Counted from the stretch's first letter, positions 26,520-41,400 are shown. The stretch: 64,000 nt of DNA from Oculina patagonica (GCF_052425735.1 NC_135762.1:10788001-10852000), one strand, 5' to 3'. Notes: generated from the sequence alone by a model not told the origin. Made by a program: numbers and translations.

Positions 26520-26660
26520 GTAATGGCGGACGCCGGAATAACAGCGGCTGCAAAATGAGGGACTGGGCGCCAAACGCCACGTCAAGGAAAAGGAACGCAA
26601 TGACCTCTGGGAGAATTTTGCACTTGGACTGAAAGACGGGCGAGGGTGGAATTTTTTTCC
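26520..26660 (-). promoter_or_regulatory. TM9SF3 proximal promoter (GC-enriched; YY1-like AATGGCGG; UPRE/CREB3-XBP1-type GCCACGTCA)
   Basis: 80-220 bp upstream of ATG 26440; AATGGCGG at 26522-26529, GCCACGTCA at 26576-26584. Confidence 0.5.
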
Positions 26661-27027
26661 AAAGAGGTTAGGGCTCCAGTTCTGGGATTCCGTTAAAAAA
26701 ATGAAGGGCTTCAAGAAAGAAAGGCATCAAAGCACTTGCAAGCAAAAAAAAAGAAGAAAAAAATCTGCTCCTCTGGGACGCCAGATACATTTTGTACCTC
26801 CCCTTGCACGATCCATGAATCGGATAGAAGGGCTTGTCCGTTTTAGAACCAGTCATATTTTTTAACCTTTATATTAAAAACCCTTTCAAGTTCAGTGGTT
26901 CTACAATCAACGTATACTATTTGTTCAGCTGTCATCGGTGGAATTCTTTTTTCTTTTGGGGGGGGGGGGGGGAAGGTGACTGATTTGCGCGTTCCTCTTT
27001 GAATAGATAAAAAATCTCGTAATTTAA

Positions 27028-27260
27028 GGGACGGACCATTATTTTTTTGGAGGGGGGGGGGGGGGGGATAAAAAATATTGAAAAAAAATGTTTGCAGGGC
27101 CTGGAAAGACAAAATAAATTGTTTGCAAAAACGATATGTATAATAGCAAATAGTTAGAATTTCGAAAAAAATGTTTGCAGAGGTGCATAAACTAAAAAAA
27201 AAAAAGTTTTCAGACGAAAATTTTTCATCCCCCCAACCCAAGAAAATAATGGTCCGTCCC
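27028..27260. mobile_element. PIF/Harbinger-like MITE
   Basis: TAA TSD on both sides; TIR GGGACGGACCATTATTTT / AAAATAATGGTCCGTCCC. Confidence 0.82.
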
Positions 27261-28392
27261 TAACGGGTACTGTTGGTCCAAGCTGCAATACAGTAAGTCC
27301 GTTTAAATATCTATGCATTTTTGGGGGCTAGAGGGAAAAAGCCTCACGATTAGTACTACCCTAGTTCCAGAGTTTTTCTCTTCCCTAACTGAGCCTATGG
27401 GACCGAGGGTAGATCAATACCTGCAGGATGATGAAAACTTAACGCAACTTCTCCAAATTATGCTGCGGGCAAAAATAAAAATAAAAAAGCTGGTCCCCTT
27501 TAGCAGATCTATACGTCATAAAAATTAATTTTGCTAAACAAATATTTTATCAGGTATATTTGCTTTTATTTCTGAACTCAGGGAAATTCGGTGTTGGACA
27601 CTGCATTTCCATACAAATACTATAGCTTCGTACAATGAACTGAACTGGTTTATTAACCTTTTTGACACTTATTTATAAAAGATTAAAACACCCCGTTGTA
27701 CTACCCTGTACTACGGTTGACGTGCTTTCCTGTGACTATTGAATACACAGACTTCGTTTCTTGATCCACTTCTGACCGCCGCGTAGTTTTTGTGGCGATT
27801 GCAAGTGTTTCATGAAACGACGTCTGTTTATTCAGGTTTAACGGCCCACAAGACAGGTAGATTTGATCAAAGAGAAGCGCGAAAATGGACGCTTTTTCTC
27901 AGCAGAAGGAGCGCTTTCGTGGTTTCACCGCTCACGTGGCCTTATTTTGCCCTCTACCCAACAGAGCTGCTATTTACAGTTGTAGACCGCCTCGGCCGCG
28001 CGAGCATGAGTTCGACTAATTGTATAATACACGCTTGGCAAATGACATGCAAAGTAACAAGCTTTTCTTTGAATAGAATTTCTACTCTAGACGACACTAT
28101 TCATGCCAAAAACATTTTTGGTTCAGTGTTTGGACTATATTAGAATTTTCAAGCTCTGATAGAACAGAGCGGGAAATTGTCATTTTCTTAGTTCGTCAGC
28201 GTGTTGCCTAGCAACACGATCCATCCTCGCCACAAGTCGCAAACCAAAGATTCAACTTCCGGCGGAAGTGTGCTATCATTGTTATATCATTCACTGGACA
28301 ACAAGAGTTCACTACTTCTCAAGAACTGGTCCATCTAGGATATGTTGTCGACGTCCTGACTCGTTCCTGCTTGTAACCTTTTCCATGTCTCT

Positions 28393-31300
28393 TCACTCGT
28401 CTTCCCCACTGGCGTTATCACTTTCTCCACTCTCATTCCCTTCCATCGCGCCTGGTTCATCTTTTTCCTGTTCAGTCGAGTTCTGCGTTCCTTTCGCTGA
28501 TTTCTGACCTGAATTAACTCGTTTCTTGGCAGACTTTTTCTTTTTTGTCCTATTCTTTTTCTTCTTTGGTTCGTCAGCTGCTAATTGAAGATCACAAAAA
28601 AGGTTTACTACTGGTTTATTAGGGTGCATAATTTATAAACTGTATGAGACAATCTTTCTTGACCTTAACAGTGTATATGTATCATTGTTGTGGATTAAAT
28701 TAATCCTTGGTTTAAAATTTCGCAAACCAGTTTGATTTTTAATTACTTTTGTTTTAGATTACGATAACGAATATAAGACAATGAAAAACAGAAATTAACC
28801 TGGTTTGAAAAAAATTAAACCAAAGATAAATTTAAACCACAACATATAACCCAATTTTCGGCACTTCCTTAAATTAAGATTGTCCTACCAAAACAAAAAA
28901 CAAAAAACAAAAACAAAACAAAACCTACCAAAGGGTCAAGTGCAAAAGGGGAGGGGAAAAACGCGGGACCTCAACGTGATTTTGGTGTTGGATCCTAGCG
29001 AAGGTATCGTATTAATTACATTTTTAAACCAAAATACCTGAAGTGCTTGTGGTTCGTCTGTCAGCCTTTCCTTTCTCTTTTTTCTTTTTCTCCTTTACGG
29101 GTTCTGCAGGTTCCACAGCCATTGCCTCAGCCGTAGTTTCAGCCTTGGCAGGGGCCGGCTTTCTGCCCACGACAGTCAAGCATGTTGGTCTGCCAGGGAC
29201 TTGATACCTTGCCACGAGCTTAGCTTCTTCTTCAAACTGTCAAACAGAAGGAATAAAAAATAATAATAAATAAACTGTAGTAGCTTGCAGTGCAGCCATC
29301 ATGCTCAGGGTGTCAATTCTCCCTATTGATTCTCACACTTTTCCTTCAGTGTTGGTTTAAATAATTTGACAGTACATCAAGGCATTGTTCTAGTTGATCA
29401 TTTTCTGTATTCTCGTTACCTGTCTGCTTGAAAATGCATTGTTATTGTTAGGAGAAATTACAAGTTGAATTATTAGACAGCCTCGCCCGATGAAAGCCTC
29501 CGCTGGCATGCAAAACCTTTGATTCAGGCCCCGTCCACACTGACCCGGGTAAATTTGAAAACGGAGAAATTTGAAAATGCCGCGTACAATGTTTTCCGTC
29601 CACATTAACCCACTTAAAAACGATACGCTTCATCGCACGTTGAGTCACAACGCATGCACAGAGCTATTGTTAAGCTAATTAAACCTTTTGTTTTGACAGA
29701 GAATACATGACTATTTGACGTCAGCGTTTCAAAAAGTCCCGGTTTCGCCCGTTTTCATCGTCCACACTACATCACCTAGCCGGCGTTTTCAAATTTACCC
29801 ACTTTGGCGGGCGTTTTTTATAAGTCTAGTTTTCGGTGACCGAAAACGCTGTTTCAGTGTGGACGGTTAGAACCGGGAAAAATAGATGCGTTTTCAAATT
29901 TACCCGGGTCAGTGTGGACGGAACCTTAGGAAGGATTTCTTTCTAAATACTGCAGTGCAATTTTCCAGCATTTTTGAAAGGTTGCACTGCTTCAGGTTTA
30001 ATTTGAGATCACGGCTCTTTTACCGACCGAACTTGAGTTTCTTTTTAATAACTTGTGCTGCACATCATAACTGGAAACCATTTCAAGCATCACCTTTTTC
30101 GATTTAACAATTAGACTTCGAGTCCGAGTTTTCTATGAGCAACAGTCAACTCTCGGCAACAGTCCAAAAAATTGCAGTCCAAAACATACAATTTTATGTA
30201 GGAGATAAATAAGCCCCGCTCTTCCCTGCTACATTATCAAACCCTCCCCGGACTTTCAGTTAGTTATATTCATTAGGGTTGTAAGTTAAATAAAGGTTGT
30301 TGAATAACAGAAGAAAATGTGTCAATCATGAAATAAGTATTCTTAGGCCAAAAATCAAGAATAATTTTTCCATTAAAGAGCAACGCACGCTCAATAGCGT
30401 TCACCAGCAAAAACAATACAATCAGGGTTCGTACACTTTTTCAAGCCAAAAATTGAAGGACTTTTTTATGAAATTAACCTCAAACCAAGTAAAATGTTTG
30501 TGTTGAAAACTACCTTTTCGGAAATTTCAAAGCCTTAAAAGCATTGATATTTTTTCAATCTTGTTCAATAAAAAAAATCAAGGACTTTCAAGTACCGAAA
30601 ATCAATTTCAAGTACTTTCAAGGCCTTGAAATCGAACTCCTGAAATTGAAGGGTTTTCAAGATGCGTACGAACCCTGTTCAATGAAAGAACCAATCAGAT
30701 TCACGGAACACAGCAGTGCCTACTAAGGTGAGTCAGTATAGATGGCGGTGCAGTGGCGGCGCCTCTTTACATGGTACGACATTCGTAAACATTGCCTCAA
30801 ATAGCAAATAACTGACATGCATTTGTCCTTACGTTTTCCGGATTGAAAGCCCAGCCTCTTAAATCTCCATCAGATGATGTTGAAAATAACAGCAGACGCC
30901 TAAGATCCTCTTTCAACAAATCTTCAGTCATGGAAAGATCTTTTACCCTGCAAAGTGGGCAGCGTTAACTCAACAATACTTGCATTTAACAAAACAAATA
31001 AACAAACACTACGTAAGAATTTTACTTGTGCTTTCCGGAAGCGTTCTACGCGCTAAGACGTTCTTTTGGCTCGCCACGCAATCGTTCCTCGCCAAATTAC
31101 GCGAAAAGCAAAAGAACGTCTGCGTGGGAAGCTAGCTTTCCGGAGGATGAACATAAAGCTAAATGCAAAGAAGAAAGCTAAATATAAAGGTTAAACTAGC
31201 TTTAAAAGAAACCACGGCAATCAGTAAACGCTTTGCCTCTGTTTTAGAGAATTGCCAGTTGTAAGGAGAAGTGAAAGAACAAAGGATTACTAATTTCCAC

Positions 31301-34300
31301 TAATGAATACTTTACTTCATTATTGGGAAGAATTACTTCATTATTGACCTGCCTTAAGAGCAGTTTTCAATTGAGCGTCGTAAAACCAAAACCAACGGTA
31401 ACCATGCACTCTGGCCAATCACAAAAGAGACAGACAATTTAGTAAACCATCAAAACTCGAAGTAAATACATGTAGCTGGTGCGAAGCGCGAGAAAACGTT
31501 TGTGAATGAGTCACGATTGGCTTTGGTCTTACTTCTGATTGGCCGAGAAAGTGGCGCGAGGTTTTTTTAAAAAAAAATAAATAAAAAAGAGAGCGCGAAC
31601 GGGACGTGGGTACCTATGCGAGGGCTTCCCGACATAAAAATCTATTATTACTTATTTACTGAAAATATATTAAAAATTAATTTTAAACCAGTCACAAAGA
31701 GTAGTAATGCAAAACCAAACCAAATGCGAATTATTTTCGCTGCCCAAGTGGTAACCGCTCTATAAAGTACAAACATGCACAGTACACGTGTATCACCTGC
31801 TTGCATGTCCTTTCACTGTCTGGAGACACTGTTCCTTTTCAATGTCCAGAATTCTTATCCCTTCAAATTCGCCACCTGCAGCCAGGATATTCTCCTAGTT
31901 GGGGAAAAATACACGCCACATAAGCACCTAATGATAAAATTGCCGGAACGTAATAAATACACTTGTAGTATCAGAAAAGGTATATGCTTGATTTTTTTCT
32001 TACTGAGAGAAACTCCAAGGCTAACACATATCTGGAAAACTCCATTGTAAAGGACAAGGCAGCTGTCTAAAAAAGTCAAAATAATATTTAAACAGTTAAA
32101 CCTTCAAATCTCTTGGTTAACAATAACATTCACCAAATAGGTTTACTACAGAAGCATTATTTATGTCATGACGCATTTTTTCCTTGCACAAAATTAATGA
32201 GGATAGTTTTTAGAGGATAGTTTTTTCCTAACCCCAAAATGTAAAACGAAGCACATGTATGATCAAGAACAAAACTTCCAGTAATTAGCACCAAGGCCAC
32301 AAACTGGTGCATGGGTACCAGCAAATTTAATGCGGGGGATAACCCTGCAGTGGACTACCTTATTGTTACTTATTTTCGCGTGCACTTAAATTTCGCGATT
32401 TGGCCAAAAAAATAAGATTACGGGAACTTAATTTCGCGAGAAATGTCAACTGATACTGATCTACATTAACAATCAGTAAGTCTCAAAATTGGTCCAATTG
32501 ATTTAATTTTCCACTGCAACAGTTTCCAATGACATTGAACAAAACCAAATAACAAAACAAAACTTTAAAAACAGTTTAACATGTTCCTTTGCAACAAAGT
32601 AGAGCTAGTTTGACGACTGTACCAAGGTAATTAAGTAGTAAACTGATATCAACGTTGAATATTCATAACGAATTATATAGAAGGGTATTAAATTTCGCGT
32701 CGTTATTTTTCGCGAGGACCTTTTTTCGCGGGTCTTAAATTTCGCGATTCTTTGAAAATCGCGAAAATCGCGAAAATTAAGTCCCGCGAAAATAAGTAAC
32801 AATAAGGTAGCATTCCATCCAGGAGGGAGTAGAAATAATCGCAGTCATTTAATGGTACAGAAACCAGGACAAGCTCTAGCCCGATGGGCCAGTAGGCCCA
32901 ATCACAGAATTAGCCTTCCAAGCCAATGCACACACAGTAGCATTTTTTTCTAAATTGACTTGTTTTAGAACTTATAAAATAGAAAGATACATGTAATTAA
33001 TCATGCTGCAAAACACAGATACATGTACTTACTGCAAGTTTGTAAACAACTACTTTTGTTCCAATGGCCACAGCATAGCTATCCCCTGCAGGCGACCACT
33101 TCACAAGAAGTGCAGCTACAAACACAAATAAGTAAACCAGTTAAGGCACGGCAAGGTTTAAAAGTTCACTTGCACTTTTTTGGTGCTGCTTTACCCCATA
33201 CCAATCACTTGTTATAATTGTAACGTCCTGCTATCTGTCTACAAACAAAGCATTCAGATCATTGTTGTTGTTGTTTTTGTTCAGAATTCAAGAAGAACCA
33301 GTGAATTGTTTACTACTTCTAACTTCTGATTATTGGGTGTGAGACTCATATGTGTACTGGCAGGTTGTCCACACTACACCACCTAGCCGGCGTTTTCAAA
33401 TTTACCCACTTTGGCGAGCATTTTTGATAAGTTTCAGTGTGGACGGTTGGAACCGGGAAAAAAAAATGCGTTTTCAAATTTACTCGGGTCAGTGTGAATG
33501 GAACCTCGGCTAAATAATCAGCTAAATCACAGGGAGACAACTAGGGGAAAGTGTTATAATTGTAACGTCCTGCTATCTGTCTACAAACAGAACATTCAGA
33601 TCATTGTTGTTGTTGTTTTTGTTCAGAATTCAAGAAGAACCAGTGAATGGCAAAACTTACATCAGCGAAACAAAACGTAATTTCACAGTGCGGAAAGCAG
33701 GCACGAGAGTAAGACCCATAACTCGGAGCCAGCCTGCCACCTCGCAAAAAATCCAGACCACAAATACACATGGAACATCGCGTTCACGGAAAAAACAACT
33801 TTTTGACGCAAAATAATGGAAGGCCTGTTGAATGCTTGTGAGGAACCAACTTTGAATAATAAACAGGTGCACTGTTTTATCGCCAAACTGTTCCCCCTCG
33901 GGAATTACATAACAACACAAAACCAAGCTGAATGTAAATGTTCATTTAACACTGATGATGACCTTCGAGTCGAAAACAATTTGTTTTTAAGAACTTTAAT
34001 AACTTTTATCTCTTTTTAGCCTTTTTTAAAATTATTTTATGAGCAACATTATGACAACCAGTGAATTGTTTACTACTTCTAACTTCTGATTATTGGGTGT
34101 GAGACTCATATGTGTACTGGCAGGTTGAAAACTTTGATCTCACACCTACCCATGCCTACAGGCCAATTTCTTATGCCAAGCTCAGTGGAAAAGATGAGCT
34201 ATTACAGCCTTTAATGACACACTTTCAAAAATGTGTAAACTCGAAACAACACAAGTAAAGAAAAGTCCATGTAAATGATGGTACTGTACTAAGTTATCAA

Positions 34301-37300
34301 CCCGATTTCTCTGACTTACCTACCTTATTATAGGAAATGTACGATACATGTAATTAACGCGAATTTCAAAAATTAGCGTTAATTTAATGTACCTTAATTG
34401 AAGTCATTGTTAATAAAAAACACTCTATTTTACAGCATTGTTATTTTAAGACACCTTTATTTCCTGGAAAGTTATATTAACAGGTCATCTACTTCTCCGT
34501 TAAAGCTGCAGGGATAGCAGAGGCAGTGGAAAGAGCCAGGACGGGATGTATTCCATCCCTGGACCCATGCATTGAATATTAGTCACTTTTTGGTCTGTTT
34601 AAATATCTTTGTTGTGTATGGTTTATCGGAATTAAACCTCAAGTTCTGATGTTGGACGTTCATGTTTTGTCTTTGGAATAGCGCACCTTGCTACAAAGAT
34701 TACTTCGCAACAAATTCACATTAATTAACTGCATGTAAGCACACACCACACAAGAATTCGTGTTAATTATATTACGCGTACATTTTGTTCGCGTTGTTAA
34801 AATGCTTCGTTATATTCCTATAATAAGGTATATTAAGAAGGGAAAAGCACTGGTGACAAGACAAGATTGTGTTTGGAAAAACAAATCCTGAGACTGGGAC
34901 CCGGGAACCTTCAGAACATCAGTATTTTTATTTATTCTTCTGAAAACTTTGTACACTTTTGGGTATGATCAGGTCATCTTAAAAAAACCTGGGACTCCCA
35001 GGATAACAATCTCATGCCTTTGACTAGGAAAAAGTTGGCAGTTGTCTCCAAATAGGAAAATTAATTAGTAATCATGTGATAGTACAGTACTTGCACTAAC
35101 TGAGCGTAGTAAATGAGGACATACTGGACTTTATGAAACCATAAACTTTAAAACAGGACACAAAACATGTACTCTGTACCCACATGTAGGAATGCATTAT
35201 TACCTTCTTTGATATTAGTGACATATGCTGATTTGCCAGTCACAAGATTCCATGTTCTGTTTAATGGATACATTAAAAACTCATTAATAATTCATAAAGA
35301 AAATACAAAAGGAATTAATGTTTAATGAGTGTCTTTATATCTGATAAAGGCACGGCTAAACTTTACGTCCAATTTTCTAGGCCAAAATAACCCCAAATCT
35401 AAATATTAGTGCAAGAATGAGTTGATCTACATCAGAAGATTTTTAAGCCGTTCAATAAATTCGCAGTTCGTGTTTTATCAAGTCTAAAACACTCGGCTGC
35501 ACCTCGTGTTTTTAACTTGATAAAACACTGCTGCTTATTTATTAAACATTACATAAACACAACTAATCACCAGTTACAACTTGTCCTGTAAAAACTTCAT
35601 AATGAAAAATATCTCTTACATGTCAGAGAATCACCTTTTACAATAAACAAATAGACATCAAAACTACTATTTCAAAGTAAAATAAAAAGCAACATAATAT
35701 AAACCTTAATGTCTTGTCCTTAGCAACAGAAAGTGCGAGTCTTCCAGACGGATGAACAGAAACCGAATTTACATGACCCCTGAGAAAACAATAAACAAAA
35801 TGCCCAGATATAAATATTACTTACACTGTAGTTCAAAATGTTGTGTATTACTAAAAGTTCCGCTGGTGAAAAAAAATTCCGTTAGAATGTTGGAAATAAA
35901 TAACTGACACGATGTTGAAATAAATTGAAAAAAAAAAAAACAAACACTTAAGTGACTGTATGGAATGCATTTTAAAGGAGTTAACAACAAAGAGCAGCAA
36001 CAGTGCCAGTGGTAAGAGGTTGGTTTGGAAGTGAATGCAAAGTAGTGCAGCATGTCATTCATGTGGTGTACCTTATTACGTGACATTTTCGCGACACGTT
36101 AATTTCGCGAATTTAGTGATTCCAAAAAAATCGCAAAATTAAAGTGACGCCAACAATAAGTGTCGCGAACATAACATGACGTCAAAATTAAGTGACTCAC
36201 ATTATGTCAACAATCAAGAAAAAATAGGTTAAGAACCGCTGAATTATGAAGGAAGGAATTTTCAATGTAAATGGATGTTGTCGTCATTTGACTCAAGAAC
36301 AATAACTTATGCATGTACAAGCATGACCTACTTGTAGACATTGTGAGAACTGCTCTGTTGTTGCTATTGCTGAGAATAAGTCTCACTCTTGCGTTTTTGT
36401 TAATTTTGACGTTATTGTTTCTTTGATTAAGTTGTTTTATTTAATTCAAGGGTGTGTTAAATAATATTGCCAAGGAAATGTAAATTGTGTCTTACCCAAA
36501 AACGCGAAATTAAAGTGTTTCAAAATACAAATTTTTGCAAAATCGCGAAATTTAAGTGTCGTAAAATATGCGCACCTCAAAATCGCAAAACTAACATGTT
36601 GCAAAAATTTCATGTAATAAAGTATGTTTCGACAGCATGAGGAGTTTCCAGCCAGCATTGTGTGCCAATTAAAAGCATTCTTCATCTAGCTCTTTACCCC
36701 TCCTCTTACTTTTTTTCCTTTTCACTGATACTCCAGTGTGATGGGTGTATGTTTTCATTTTCCTTTGCCGCGGACAAAAAAATAATTATAAATATAATGA
36801 CAGACACAGCTAACTCTTTTCAAATGCATCTGTACTTGAATACCATGGACTTGAATACCATGGCTGGGTTGCAGCATTGTGCCAGCCGTGGGGGTGTTAT
36901 TCAGTCTAGGGGCTGGCTGCCAAAAGTGAAAGCCCTTGGATATTCCAGGCACCTAACCTATATTACAGGTTTACAAGTGATGCAGTTGTCATTAAGGATT
37001 GCTTTATCCAGCTGTACACATACCTATGTCCTTTTAAAGTTTTTAGACAGTCCCATGTGCGGCACTCCCAAACACAAATTGTCCGATCCTCACTGGCACT
37101 TAACATGTGAGTGTTATTATGAAATGCCAAACAAGTTATTGTACCTGTAACAAAACAAAAAAAATTATCTGAGTGTGTAGAATGCAGATTTACTGTCTGA
37201 AATGAAAATGTCACTACAGGTTCAACAGTGAGTTCTGTTAGGCCTGGTTTGCACTTTTGAGATAAGTGCAAGCACAAGCATAAGCGCAAGAAAATGTTAT

Positions 37301-38445
37301 CAATCAATCAATCAATCAATCTTTATTTCGCTCTGCAATTAAGCCTAATTACATGTCTTTGATACATTTATTATTATTAAATATGATAGAGTAGAGCAGG
37401 AACTCTCGACAAACCCTTGCGGGCTTAACAAGGAGAGCCCCTTATATGCTTTAGGGTATAAAAAAATTAATATATAATCAACATGTAAACAGCTTGTAAA
37501 ACTATTATACTTAAATATAGGAAGGTTGTTCCAAATTTCACACCCTTTAAATTTAATAGAATATTAGTTTGTACATCCCGTTCTTTGTGGATTTTTGAAG
37601 ATGATCTTGTATTATGGCTATGGAAATGATCATTTGACTTGAAAAAATGGCTGAATGTTGCTGGAAGTGCTTGCGTAAAATATTTAAATACAAATAAAGC
37701 TATGGCTTCATTGTTCAAATCATCAATTGGTAAAATAGATAGATTCTTAAAGAGTGTGCATGGAAGTGAAATAAATACAAGCATAAGCACAAGAAAAATT
37801 AAGGAACATGTTCCTTTTTCTAATGCTTGCACTTCCCCTTATTTCCCTTGTGTAAAGCTCAATTCACAAGTGGGACCCAGGGTGAATGAGCACAATTCAA
37901 GCACATGCACAAGTTTTGGCGATTGACATTACCCCTATCATGCAATTTCATGAGAATTTCTAAAGCACTATGCTTGCTTATCTCGTTTTGTGCTTGTGCT
38001 TACTACCAGCGTGAACATCCTTGTGGTTAAAGATGAATTACAGTCCGTACTGCGCAATCTCGGCTGCAATGTTTATGTGAGCCTCACAAACAAAGCAAAA
38101 CTAAAAATTACGTGACAAACTTACCTGTTTCTTCATTATTAACGCCAGATATCCTTGTAGAACAAATAATAACAAGTAGAAGAACCTTGACGCTATTTCA
38201 AACCGACGTTTCAGCTCATCGGAAGTTCTTGAACGAAGCGAACTGTAATGGCGGACTAAAAAACTTCATGTATGCTGTCACCGAAGTGTAACGTTTTAAC
38301 AAATTCAAAACAAAAACGTAAACAAACCCCGAGTCTGCGCAATACGGACTGGAAATCAGCTTTAATGCTCGGCTTGTGCTTATCACAAAAGTGTGAACTA
38401 GCCTTTAGTGTTTGTCTTTTAATTGGTGGGTGTGTGTTTGTGTAT

Positions 38446-38476
<31 letters not shown>

Positions 38477-41400
38477 GGGTGTGGGGGGTGGGGCACCTAC
38501 ATGTACTGAAGAAAAGAAAGAGAGATAGAGGGGGGATTGTTTTAAATCTCTTTGGTACAGAATGTACAATGTAATTCTCACCCTCATGTTGCATCAAGGC
38601 ACCCAGCTCTCTGTGATCCTTGAGATTATATAATCTAAACAATAAATGTCGAATAAAAGTGTAGTGTGAGTGTTGTGGTTTAAATTTATTCTTGGTTTGA
38701 AATTTATTTATTATCGTAATCTCAAACAAAGAAAATAAAATATCAAACTGGATTATACAATTTCAAATCAAAAGCAAATTTAAACCACAAATATATAAAA
38801 TTAATGTATTATTTTATTAGCTTTGGTATCATAGTACAAAAATTACTCCATTTCCTTTTAAAATACAGTACACCATGAGCTCACTACTGAAAACAGAGAC
38901 TAATTAACATAATATGAATAATTTTATCAATCTTGAATCAGGCAAATTATTAGCATCTTATCTTTGAACTTATGATGCACATTCTTCAGTAACTCAAGAA
39001 TTTTTCGCAGGTTTCTAAAAAATAAATATAGAAGCCTGCAAAAAACTCTTAAGTAACTAAAGTCACAAAGCAATGTTTACAAATGACTCAAAATCCTACT
39101 GCACCCAGTAGAAAGTACACATTGTTAAATCATTAGCCCTATTTCTGTAAAAAAGTAAAGCCCATTTGTGAGCATTATAAAAAACAATACGATTGAATCC
39201 CGATTACTCAAACCCTCAGTAACTTGAACTCCCGCTAACTTAAACCTTTTTCTATTCCCCTTCAGGTCATTTTCTTACTAATTTTACCCTTGATAACTCG
39301 AATTCCCGATATCTCGAACCCTTTTCAATTTCCCCTGAAGGTTCGAGTTATCGAGATTCGACTGACTGTATTTCAGCCTCCTGTAACTCATCAGCAATGA
39401 ACACTATAAACAAGTTACTGGTAACCCACTTCAAACACCCTTAACTGCCTGTCTAGCATGCATGTCTAGTGTGAAAGATGTGCTCTCCATTCTCCCCAAA
39501 CTCCCCTAAAAAGTATTATTTCCAAACTTCTGTCATTGTTTTAGGCCCAATAAAACCAATCAGTGTATTTGTCAGTTCATAGGAGGTAGTATAAACCCAG
39601 TGGGAGGGGGGTGGGGGGGTACTCTGGATTTCAAGTGAGGGGATGTTCGAAGGATTTTTTTGGGTTTGAAATTTTTTATTTCGGGATTTTTTTAGTAGGA
39701 AAATTTGGCAAGTATGTTTTTGGGCGGCTTGATTCAAGTATGGATTTTTGGGGGTATTAAAAACAATCTCAAGATTCGTGGTATTGCCTTGGCCACATTG
39801 TTCCGCAAATAAAGTACAAACACTGAACCTGTTTCTAATGTTTTTCTTTGTGTTATATCTTCAGATCATTCCCCCTTTCTGAAAAATTTAATACGTCAGA
39901 AATTTGGCATGGGATTTTCCCCCTCTCCCCCCCCTCCCCCTCCCCCGTTTTCAAGCTGGATTTAGACATGTAATTAATACTTGATACACAACTATTAAAC
40001 CATTCTTCTTCAACTAAAAGTTGTTCTGGGATTCCACCATGTGTACAGTATGGTATTTACTGCACCAATGGTTAGTTTTTCTCGCTCCTGAAAAATTTAA
40101 TTTATGCAACAGCACTGCAAACACTCAGGAGTCAAGAGATTAATAAATACAGCATCAAATAAATATGCAATGACATGAGTAACATTATTCCTGGTATTGG
40201 TCGGCAAAGTAAGCAGTGCAGTAGGAGCTTTCTATTTAGTACATTACTGTATCTATATGTTCCCCCAACCCCCAGGGGGGTACTCCGGCTTGTAAATGAC
40301 AGAGATGATCGAAGGATTTTTTTGGATTTGAAATTTTCGATTCCGGGATTTTTTTGGGTTGGAAAATTTGGCAAGTATTTTTTTGGGGTGACATGATTTA
40401 AATAGGGGATTTTGTGGGTATTAACAACGAACTAAAGTGCCTTGGCACGGCCTTGGTGTATTTATTTGGTATGATGTATAAACAAACACGAGCGTTCAAT
40501 TTCTTATGGTTTTCTTTGTGTTATATTATTGCCACTCCTGGCAATTTAGGGGTAAATTGACAAGGGATTTTTTGGGGTCATTTTTGGTCCAGGGATTTTT
40601 TTGGGTAATGTTGGAAGACTTAGGGATTTTTTTGGGTCCTGAGTTTTGCCTCCATTCGATCATCCCCGTCATTTACAAGACGGAGTACCCCCCCCCCCCT
40701 GGGCCCCAACCTCTCCACTCCTACTAATGCTAAGCATTTCTGATCTGAGAGAGGGTTTCTCTAGTGTGATAGTCCAAGTGAAAGTGGTCGTAGAAGGGAT
40801 TGTTGTTGGAGACTGATGCTTCAACAACCTGAGCAGAAGTCATTTGAGTCATGTGTATCAACTACAGTGGGATCCTGATGTCTCAGGAACCTCCAAGGGA
40901 AACAAAAATTGGTTTGAGAAAATGGGAATAACTGAGTGAAGCAAATCCAAAAAAAAATATTTTTTTGCTTGAGCTTCAGTAAAGGGAGGTTCAATGAATC
41001 AAGCATTCGAGAATTCCGGATTTCCAGTACTTTGTAAACCAGTTAATATCAGCTTTAAACAACAGTCCTTTTCAACTCTAACCAGATGATCACACTGAAC
41101 AAACTACTGAAACTGGTTTTAAAACATTTAAACTGCATATATATTTCTGAGAAGTTGACAGGAAACATTTACTCCGTAAAAACTAAAATCTTAAATTTAA
41201 GATGTTTCGTCTTACCTCATAACCAGATCAACAGCTGACGTAATTTCTCAGCTATTGTTTTGGTGCTGTGGTAAGACGATACACCTGTACATCTTAAATT
41301 AAGATTTTAAAGGGTCCCCTATACTTTTTACGTGAAGCGTGATTGAGGCTATTTATTTGCTGTGAAACATGATTTGGGCTTTTCTCTTTTCATGATTCCT

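Noticed and set aside
40760-41110. Degenerate inverted repeat resembling hammerhead-bearing coral repeats (minus strand TGACTCAAATGACTTCTGCTCAGGTTGTTGAAGCATCAGTC)
   Set aside because: Both CUGANGA and GAAA cores are destroyed; cannot be called a ribozyme
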